From contig QQRW01000037.1 in the NCBI GenBank assembly GCA_003602605.1, positions 14,718 to 78,717 of the forward strand: a DNA stretch of 64,000 nucleotides, given 5' to 3'. This document shows, in pieces, positions 1-10,600 of this stretch; position 1 is the first letter of the stretch, and each line of letters opens with the position of its first letter. The translations under genes and the position numbers were made by a program. The notes below the pieces were generated by a model. That model saw only the letters and a list, made by a program, of their open reading frames with translations, had not been told where the DNA came from and searched no databases. This stretch comes from Candidatus Poseidoniales archaeon (GTDB lineage Archaea; Thermoplasmatota; Poseidoniia; Poseidoniales; Poseidoniaceae).

Positions 1-190
1 CGACATATTCGTGACCGGACACGTTCATGGCCACGCCTGCATTGATTACAAAGGTACAACCTTGATTTGTTCAAGCACTTGGCAGGATCAGACATCCTAC
101 CAAAGAATGCTAGGATTCCAGCCAAAGCCATGTATGCTGACAATAGTGAATCTGAAGAGTCACGCTACAACTGCCATACCGTTTGCATGA

Positions 191-871
191 TTATTGCAAA
201 CGGAGGAACGGAAGAATGGCACGCAAATCCTTACCATGCACTACATCGATGTCCGCATCGTTGAACGCTGCGATAGAGGAATCACGTGTAGGATTAAACC
301 CGATGAATCTGCTGCCATCGACATGCATCGACAAATCCATTTCAGAGTCGCCAACTGATACGCATGATTCGACGTCCAAATCATTCATCTTTAACAAGCG
401 GTGGATAACCTCCCCCTTTCCAGTAGCATGTAGTCGACATACTCCTTCATCTGAAAGTGAATCGTCCTCATTGAAAACAAATCCATTCGCAATCCAATCG
501 TCGACTTTGAGCATTGCAGCAATCGAGGAGACAAATAAATCCACACCAGCACTGACGATTGCTACGAACACCCCGTTTGACTGCAATTCCTCAACGACTT
601 CTCGTGCTCCATCCATGAGTTTTACACCAGAATAGGCACGAAACAATTCATCACGATAAATTGGGTCTTGAACAGCCTTCCACATCTGGATATCCGAGCG
701 CATAAATTCGACATCGGTGATTTCCCCACGTATGAAACGTTGCAGATGGAGAGAGTTATCAGTGCCAAAATGGTCATGGAGGGTTCTCCATGAACTTACG
801 GCGTCAACAAGAACACCATCACAATCGAAAACTACGCACTTTGTAAGGGGGATTTCTAAGGCATTCGACAT
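191..871 (-). CDS. HAD-superfamily hydrolase, subfamily IB (phosphoserine phosphatase-like)
   Basis: Motif I FDCDGVL, motif II IVSAG, motif III K (TGKG), motif IV GDSEMD. ATG at 871 preferred over TTG at 880. Confidence 0.8.
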   Translation of the reverse strand: MSNALEIPLTKCVVFDCDGVLVDAVSSWRTLHDHFGTDNSLHLQRFIRGEITDVEFMRSDIQMWKAVQDPIYRDELFRAYSGVKLMDGAREVVEELQSNGVFVAIVSAGVDLFVSSIAAMLKVDDWIANGFVFNEDDSLSDEGVCRLHATGKGEVIHRLLKMNDLDVESCVSVGDSEMDLSMHVDGSRFIGFNPTRDSSIAAFNDADIDVVHGKDLRAILPFLRLQ

Positions 872-907
872 GAGTAACAAGTTGCTGATGAACTAATCAT
901 TTGAAAG

Positions 908-1064
908 GGTTCGCTCGGAACCGTAGAATAAGAATGAAAAAAAAAAGACGAAGGCAGGGGGCCCCGTTAGGAAACCCCCTGCGATCGTGTAGCTCTCTAC
1001 CTCATGGGTAGTCATCCCATCATGGGATGCGGGAGACAAAGGGGAGGGGATGAATCCCCTCCCC
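908..1064 (-). terminator. Multi-hairpin 3' region with T-tract downstream of the giant gene
   Basis: Inverted repeats at 1041-1050/1055-1064, 1013-1019/1023-1029, 997-1001/1007-1011, 954-961/975-982 and 908-912/918-922. A10 at 937-946 reads as T10 on the minus strand. Confidence 0.6.
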
Positions 1065-1101
1065 AATGCGTCCGATTTTCTCGTCACTAAAGCGATTAAA
1101 C

Positions 1102-1632
1102 TCAAGCGCTGACGTCGTAAGACAAGCCAGACCATGTTCGAAGTTGTGCACCTTGACCAGCACTAGGTGCGTAGTTCAAGGAGATGGTCACATCTTCGAG
1201 TGGTGTTCCGTCAGAGTCATGCGTGCGCACAAAGATTGTGTCACCGGTGTTGAAGGTCGAAACCTTATCATCACCTTCAGAGTTCACTTGATCCACGAAT
1301 GTAACCATGGAGTCACTGTTCTGTGGGTTGAACCCGTAAACGCCTGCAGTATCTGCTAGATTGGTTGTCTTGACTTGTGCCTCACCGTTGGCATCAACAT
1401 AGAACACACGAACTTCGACTGCTTGGGTAGCCAAGTCAGTTTCAGACGCTTGAACTGTGATTCTCCAGTGACCTTCGTCGACATCGAAGCTGTTGACATC
1501 ATCAATAGCAAAGGTGACTCGAGGTACACCCTTGACATCGGTCTCTGCGAGGCTGCTTGCCCACACATATATGACACCAGAAAGAACCACTGTGATTGCA
1601 ACCATAAGGATAGTAGCAATAACTGGGCTCAC
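1102..1632 (-). other. Predicted mature archaeal type IV pilin (176 aa) embedded at the C-terminus of the giant ORF
   Basis: Class III signal-like motif EDDEMA|VSPVIATILMVAITVVLSGVIYVW followed by a ~150-aa beta-rich globular domain, matching the archaeal pilin N-terminal (DUF1628/Pilin_N-type) consensus. Confidence 0.8.
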
Positions 1633-4600
1633 AGCCATTTCGTCGTCTTCGAGTTTGTTCTCAACAACTTCTTCTTCATCGTCAGCACGGCGGCTGGAGA
1701 AGGCAAGAGCGCTGACAAACAGACCAGTTAGACTGACGACAACGATACTTGGTGCGAACGATGCAACTGAACTTGCTCCAATGGTTCGGACGACAACCGG
1801 TAGGTTCTGTCCAGTAGCTCCAAAGGAACCAGAGCCAGATGCGTATTCGTTACACTTGCCCCAATCGTTGTTTGCTTCAGCAGTAGCAAGATCCAAAGTC
1901 GTCATTCGGTTGTTACACCAGAAACTGTCTTCGAGCATTGGTCGGCGTTCCGAGGTCTGCGATGCATTCTGTCCATATTGTCCAGGAGCGGACCAAAGAG
2001 CACCTTGGGAACCACCGTTGTTCGCACGGTGGGACTCAGGGTCATCTGATTGGAATCGCTCGCTGGATGAAACAGTGAGGTCACATGGGTTGTTCAAACA
2101 AGTTAGAACATCCATTGAAACTTCTACCTTGGTCGTGTCCTTTGTCATGAAGATGTTTTCCTCAACAGTCAACGTTGTTCCGTAATCTGGAACATTGTAG
2201 TATCGTGTGGTTTCTTCTTCTGTGTGTCCATCGGTATGGAAGGTCACTGCCAACATGTGGTCGTACGTGTATGGTCCTTCATCGCCACCAGCATCGATGT
2301 TCACTGAAACAGGAACATAGGTGCCAGTCATGATGTTGGTAATACCGTTGAAGTTCACTCCGGATGTTGTGTCAAGTGAGTAGTCTGCAACGTTCTCTGC
2401 AACACGGTCAATTGTGACATAGACCACAACATCATCTTGGCCTTGGGCGTACGGTGCCAGTTGCTCAGTGAATGCTGAGTTGAGGACAGTCGTATCGTAG
2501 TTAGGCGTGTGTGATGGTGCAGTAGCAGTATCCTTGAGAACCAAGTTGATGGCACAGAAAGTCTGGCCAGCTGGTCGTAGTTGGTGGATACCGTTGTCGT
2601 TCATGTAATCAACTTCCCAATCGTAACCGTTTGTGGTTGCGTCTGGGATCAATGTGAAGACCAAATCAGTTCCAACGATAGCCGTCGTGAAGTAGTTGGT
2701 GTACGCACACTGTGAAGTTGGTTCAACAGTCCAAGTAAGGTCTGCAGGTACATCGTGGTCGATATCGTTCATCAATGGTAGAAGGTCCCAAGTTAGATTG
2801 TCAACATTGGTGTCATCTTCAGTCATGGTAATGAATTCACCTTCACCGTTTGCACGGCTTCCAGCGTCGCTGACCAACAAGTTCTGTCCATCGACATCTT
2901 GCAAGGTAATCACAGGTGCGTCGTTCACTGGAGCGACTGAGAAGTCGACTGTGTACGGTACCGCATCGGTGTTTTCGTTGCCGTCATCAGACAGTTCAAG
3001 CGTTACTGTGCATGAACCGCCCTTTTCGTTGGAAGTGTTCTCGGTAATAATCAGCGAGTTGAGTGTGTTCACTTCAACACTAAACGCAATACAAGACGAG
3101 TCTACAGAAGCATCCCAATCGTAGACTTGACGAACAGGTGATTGCTCGTTTGCCATGTCACGGATATAAGACTTGGAAGCGTTTGAAACCTCTCCAAGAT
3201 CCTTGGTGTGTGTTCCGAATCCTTCTGCAAGAATGTTGTCAAAGTTATCGTCAGTCGAGAAGATAGGCATACATCCTGCGTCTTCAACGTTGCAGATCAC
3301 CGGGGCGTCGTTCACGTTGGTGACTTCGAAGGAGATGTTCTTCTTGTCTGTCAAACCGTTGCTGTCAGTAACTTCAAACTCATACTCGAGAGTACCGAAT
3401 TGGTCATCAAGTGGAGTAATGGTCACAGTTTGTCCGTTCTGGTTCCAATCAACAAGCACATTATCGTATGCAACAAGGTTACCAGCTGCAGAAGTCCATG
3501 TGAGATCTGCTTCGAGGTCTTGCACATCGTCAGCCATGTTGGTTAGGCTGAATGTGTAAGCGCCGGAATCTTCCGCAACAGTGATGTCTTGTAGAGAGGA
3601 TTGAATCTCTGGACAAGCACGATCCATGTTGAGTGTGATTGCAACATTGGTAGCAAGAGACAAGTCAGTTTCTGTTTCCCAATCGTATTCACAGTCTGCT
3701 TCGGTCTTGATGAGAACATCATAGTTCTTAGCAACACTCGGTGTGGTTGAACCCTTGAATGAACGGTAAACAAGCACTTCATCGTTAATTTCTCCCGTCA
3801 ACAAATCATCGTGGTTTAGTTCCACAGTGATGTATTCTGAGAAGTCTTGAAGTGTGTTCAAAGCATCAATCGTTTGGGTTGGGTGGACAGTGCTGACATC
3901 AGCGGTCGATTCACCTTGCACAATTGCAATGATATCAATTTGACTTGGGGTTCCACCAATTCGTGAGAACGGTATGGAAATTTCAGTCAATCCTGATGCG
4001 GATGCGATATCAACGCTAGCAGCGCTGAGTGAGGTTGCACCCCATCCTAGGAAACCGTAACTGTACAGGTCATAGGAAGTCTCGCTGTCTGCCCATAGCA
4101 CGTAGTTAGCTTGGAACGGCAATTCGTGAGATCCACCGAGGTTGTAGCCTGTGCTGCTTCCGCTGCCATCAACGCTGAGGTAGATGAGAACATCGCTTGC
4201 AGCGAGGTCTTCACCGGTAAGACCGATGTAGAGGTCATCACCTTCGATGTATGTCACGAGCATGTCGTTTGTTCCATCACCGCTCATGAGACCTGGCATT
4301 GCATAGCCAGATGGGTTGAGGGCGTTTCCACCGACCCAGTCCTCATTTGAACCATCGACGTTCATGACCTCAGGTTGGAAGGTCGTCGAAACATAGGATG
4401 CACGAGTACCGTCGGTCGACTTAATCATCATTGCAACTTCATTGGTTGGAGCAGCGTTCAAGTGGGTAGAATCCATCGAGAACAAGTTTGCTTCATCAAT
4501 TGTAGCAGATGAGTCTACGACCAACTTGTTTTCATCGATTGTGTTACCGATCGATGTAACATAGGCGTTGCTTCCTGCATCAATCTGAACCGATGAGGTC

Positions 4601-7600
4601 GTCCAAGTCATGTTTTCAATACTGCCTTGTGATTCAACGACTTCGAGAGTTGTCGAAGCAGTCGATGTACCTCCATCCCAACGGAATGGTGTGTTTTCGA
4701 CATACATTCCGACCAATCCGGAAGCGTTCATTGGGTAAACCCAAACATCATCACTGTCAACAACATAGAGACCGGTTCCGGTTGCTCCACCGTCGACTGC
4801 AGCGTTAATTGCTACAACAGTTGCGTCGTCAACAAAGGCACCATAATCGTCACCAGAAATTGAAGCATCACCGGTGAGGGTGAGTTCTCCACTGGTCTTT
4901 TCGACACCTGTTGCGAATCCGGAGATTGTCGTACCACTGAGGGTCAGTGAATCTCCGCTTGCATCGTCAGCGTCAATACCAACAGTTGATGCATCGCCGC
5001 TACCGGTAATCACAGAGGATATGTCGGTAACGTCACAGTTGTCGATTTCCATTGCCGTGTCAGACAATGTGATGGTGTTACGAGCTGTGTTGACACTTAC
5101 TCCATCACAGTCTTCCAGTACAAGTCCGACTGCACTTGGTGCAGTGCGTCCTGCAGAGGTGCTGATCGTATTGTCCGCAATAGTTGGCCCGTTGTAACCA
5201 GCAGCAGCTCCGCCTTCGAGCATGAATACATCGGTACCACCGTCACCGTACGAGTCTGTCAGAGCGAGTAGGTAAAGGCCTGGAGCAGTGTATGTTGCAA
5301 GAGGCGTATACTGAGTGTTACTGGCAAAGGTAGAGCTGGTACCACGTCCGAATGAATCGGTAGTTCCGTCTGGCTTGGTAATCTGGATACCAGCTTCATA
5401 GCCCCAGGAATCTGTTGCGATATTGATATCGAGCGTCTTACCAGCTGCGAGGGTTGCACTGCATGATGCGGAGTAACGGTAAGAGCTACTCGAAATGGTG
5501 CACAACGAAGTAACTGGTGCAGGAGGCGATGTGGTACTGTCGACGATAATGCCACCATCTGCATCAACGATGGTATTGTTGTCAATATCACCGTAGCCTT
5601 CCAAGGAACTGATTGCAGCGTATGCAGCGTCTCCAGCTCCGTTGATCGTGTTTCCTGTTATGCGGTAATCCAATGCGTTATCGACATAAATTCCATCGGT
5701 AACAGTGTTGATCGTGTTTCCAATAATCATTGTACCAGTGTGTCCACCGTCGTAAACTCCGATTGCTGCAACTTTGGCACCACCGTTGTTCATTACGTTA
5801 TTTGATATCAATGCGTTTTCACTCGAACCATCTCTGTAGAGCCAAATGTCTGCAATTTCACCACCATCATTGAAGATGTTGTTCGAAATTGTGATGTTGT
5901 CTACACCCACATTCGATCCGTGTCGGTTCCAATAAGGTGAACGGGTTAGTTCAACACCGACTCCACAGTCGTTGAATACGTTGTTACTAACAACTGATCC
6001 TTCGCCACCGGATAGAACCATACACATGTCTGTGTTCTGGATGGCTTGATTGAGATCTGTGTAGCCCTTGAAGTGAGTAATTGTTGAATTCGTGACAGAG
6101 AATTCTTCAATTTCCCAAAGGTATTGGGTGCTCGAGCCCCAAGTGTATCCGTTCTGTGACTCAATCTTCGCAATGTTGGAGAAGATGGTGTTGTTTGCCA
6201 CGAGTGTGGTAATAGGGGAGCCATAGTAACCGAGTTCGATACCGTACATGCCGCCGTTGTCATCGTTGACAGTGACGCCATATAGAGCAGCATCGTTCAT
6301 GTAAACTTCGCCACCATATGGGTAACTTGTGTACCAACGTTGTGTGTCATAGAAGTCCCAAGCTCCAGTTGACAGAATTGTCGAGCCGTTGAAGTTGTAA
6401 GGAGTGTTTGACTTCAGTTGGATGTATGGCACGTCCATCATGATCGTATTACCTTGTTGATTAATCGTCAAGGAACTTGCGTATGCGTATTCATTGAGTG
6501 TTCCACCGTTACCGTCGTCGTAGCTACGTGTTCCTCTTGTAAAGAATGAACCCGCACAAGGAGTCACGGTTGTGTAAGCCGCACTGGTTGAGTACCAGCA
6601 TACACGCTCAGAAATCTGAGTGGTAAGTGGTACAGTTGCGCTGTTGCCAGAGGTGTCAGTGAGGGTTACTCCTTGAGTAGCATACCGGAAGTCGGCTTTG
6701 TTGTTCGTAGAGGTTGTGTAGAAGTAGTCGATTTCTGCAACACTCATCACTTCGTATCCTGCAAGGGAAGGAACCGTCATTCCGTTACTGTCTACGACAG
6801 CGGTTACGAAGTTCAATCCTTCTGCAATACCGTTTGCGTTCGTAGTGCCTGAGCCAGCGGCAGCACCGTCGGCGTCAAGCAGAGTGACCGTTGCGCCAGA
6901 AACGGCGTTGGTATCTGCGAGCAACTCGACTTGCATTGATCGCTTGCGAGTGAACTCACCTTGACCTGTGACTTCAACTGTTGTCGAATCCACAGTTCCT
7001 TCAATGAAATCAATGTTTGATTGACTGGATATTACGAAATCCTTCGTGTTGCCCATTGTGACGTCGGTAAAGGTGAAATCACCAGTTCCGGCAGCCTCTA
7101 CACCAACATCGTTGGTGGAGATGGTAATACCTGAGAAGGATACATCATTATCTGTGTTGGTTCCGTACTTGAATGCAGTTCCACTGTTTTCAACTGTTCC
7201 AGACAAATCACCTGCGAGATCCTTGGTGTAGTAGATACCTGCATTGGTATTTGAATCAAAATCAATGTTCATGAAGTCCATGGAACCAGATGCTGAGTTT
7301 CCTACAAGGATTCCGTAATCTCCGCCAGTTACTGTCAATCCGTCGCTTGTTGCCGCAGTTTGCCCAGTGATTTCCATACCAGAATCGGTTGGGTTTGTGA
7401 CAGTTACGTCTTGTATGTGTCCAGCAGCGAATGAGCCACCAATGGATACACCAGTGTCTGCACCGGTAATCGAGCCGTCCTTGAAGAGCGGTGTTCCGGA
7501 TTCACGGGCGTAGGCACCAAGTAGTGCTGCGTTGTCACCCGAGCGTGCGACGATTTCCAAACGGTCTTGGTAGTTGTCTGCACGGTTGTGAAGAACGTCC

Positions 7601-10600
7601 ATGTACAACGAAACCTTGCTGATGTTTGAAGCAGAGATGTCGATTGTCGGCATAGTCATTCGAGCACCTTGTCCGGGACTCATGTAGTAGGTGTAAGCAC
7701 GGTCGTAACAAATGTTGTAGCTTCCTTGCATTCCTTCAGGAGGATAGAAGATTGGGTTGTACATTGCGTGGTAAGTTGTGTAGTAAGCACCCCAATAGTG
7801 GTAAGGGTAGTATGCGTAGTAACCTGTTGGTGAGACATCTTCGATGTTTTCCCAGTCGAAACCAAACTCAAGAGGCTTGGATTCATAGTAAGCAGGGAAT
7901 CCAGGGTTGGAACCTCCCCATTGTTGCCAGATCTGGTAATAATAACCAATCCGGTTTGATGGATAATTCGGTCCGTAAGCGTATCCATTGGTGTTACAAT
8001 CCAAACTTGGAACCCCACCGACAGCACCAGGCGCATAGGTTGCGTAACCAGGCGTGCCAGACTTCGGATCAGCGGCGCTGATTGGGTAGTAACCAAGGTC
8101 ATCTGCTTCAGTGATATTCCATGTGTTTCCATTATCGTCTTCCAATTCGATGTTGTATCGGTCGGTGATCATGTAGTACTTCGTGGTAGCGTAATTGTAT
8201 CTTGGGTGAGCGTTTCCACCACCATAGATACTGTTCATACCGACTTGCAAGAAATCATCACCGAGGAAGGTCGACAAGTCAATCTTGTAGGTCGTCCATC
8301 CAGTGCTTTCACCGCTGAGCAATGTGCTACGGTAAATTGTAGGAAGGGACATACCACCGTAGATATCAACACCAACGGTGTTGTCTGTCGATGTGAAGCC
8401 GTCAACCTGTGGTGCACCGTTGAAGGATTGGATACCAACTGCAGCGTTCTTGACAACGATGTTGTCAATGGATCCGCCAGATGCTTCAACCCAAAGAGCT
8501 GTTCCTGATTGGCCGGTGTTTACGATTGAAGAATCTGCGATGTTAACAGTTCCACCGTTGACTTTCACAGTTGCCATATCGTCAGAGTTTGCTGATGCAC
8601 CGAAAATCGATGCTCCATCCGTCATCTTGAGGGTAGCCCCGGAACCGATGTACAATGCAGAGTCAGTGGTAGTGTCTTGGGCGACATCACGTAGTGTTCC
8701 GCCATCAAGTTCCAGAGTTCCTGCAACAATATCGATGTGAAGTCCATATGAAGGCGAAACAGCACTAATCGCTCCGATTGCTCCTGTATCTGAAGAAACA
8801 GTTGCGACGACCTTCCCACCGTTTGTCAAAGTCAAGACCGGGCTGCTTGTTGCAGTGCTCTTGACCTTGAGCGACGAACCCTTGAGAATCATAACACAGC
8901 CATCGAGCGTTAGGTCGGCAGAGAGTGTCATTGGTGTCCCGTCAAATTCGAAGATGGTGTGGCCGCTTGCGGTTGTACCGTTCGTTGGCAATTGTGCTCC
9001 GTTGGATGGGTCTACATAAGCATCCATCCAAGCGCAGTCCATTCCTGCTTGATCGAAATCTACAGGAGCAGGTTCGAGCAAGAGGTCAATTGTACTACCA
9101 ATGGTGAATCCAGCAGTTGGATACCAAGAAGACGAAGTCATAGTTTCGTTCTGGCCTGCTGGTCCGAATGCTCGAATGTTATGGTTCGAGTAGGTATTTC
9201 CACCGCTCTCGTCACCAGTGATTACCCAAACGCTTGCAGATCCAAGATTGGATGTTGCAGTGTCGGTAATGTGACTTCCAACTTCAAAGAGTTCAGAACT
9301 CGAACTGTCCGTAACTGCGGCAGTCACTGTGTGTCCAGACTTGAAAATCTGAGTTTGCACGTTGTTGACAAGTGCAATTCGGTAAGTTCGAACTGTAGCC
9401 AATCCACCGTACCAAATTTCAGAGGATGAAGATGGGACATCGACGTCACAGTCTCCAGTTCCACCGTTAACATCAGCGCAGTCGTCACCGTTTTGTGTGA
9501 CTTCGATGAGACGAATGTTTGAGTTCGTGTCCGCTTGTGCGAGGTAGATGCTGCCGGTTCCTGCGGTCGTGGATGTCATGGTCGTTTCACCAATAGTGAC
9601 ATCGGAATATCGTGCATAAACTGCAGAGTCAAGTGCCGAGGTGTGATCAATTGTTGAGTCCGCAATAAGAACCGAGTTCTTAGCTGCAGAACATCCGTTT
9701 GAGGTAACGCGTTCAGCGGTCATGGAGTTCAGTTGAACATTCCATCCACTGCATCCAGTCACTTCGAAGTGTGCAACATCAAGGTTGTTGATGATGACAG
9801 TGTCGGAGTTTGTGGCATCACCTTCAATCTTCAAATCATCAACACTGACGTCATCAAAGGTTCCCGGTTGCAAGTTACGCATCATCATGTTTCCAGCGGT
9901 AACTGTATCGAAGACTGCATTGTCTCCGAAGGCACCCGTTGTCGATGAAGTAGTACTTCCTCCAGGGAAGAAGTTCATTGAAGCGCTTCCTACATCAACA
10001 TCGGTCATCATGATTGATCCCATTGCATCAATCGAGACAGATGCATAGTTTGTGGCATCGAAGTTGAAGAGTTCAACTTCTGCACCTGCGCCAGCATCGG
10101 AATTGAGTGCTGAACCGGTCTGAGCCGTAGATGCTGTAGCGGTAACGTTGGAAATGGTAACCGTTTCCAAATCAACACTAATCAAGTTCACATATGCGTT
10201 GGTGATTGTCGTGTTTTCCAAGAAGAGAGAACCACCGGTTGATCCCGCAACGTTGACGATTGCGCCGTTGTTGGCACCTCCGTCTTTGTTACAGTTCGCG
10301 ATGGTACCTTCTGTTAGAGAAGCGACGGTGTCTTCAGCGAAGTCGAAACATGAATCATCGGTTCCGTCAACACTGAATTCGGTCATCGACACAACTGTTC
10401 CTTGGCCGCTTCCGTGTACGAAAGCTGCGCCAACATCCGTGAAGGTCACGTGATCCATTGTGAAGTTTCCAACGTTAGCGTTGCTGATTGGGCTCGAGCC
10501 GTGGCGAGAACCTGCAGCGATAGCGGCGTCGGTCGTGTTCTTGAAGTCAACATAAGAGAAGGTGTGGCGGTTGTCTGTGCTTGTCGTACAAGCGCCAGTG

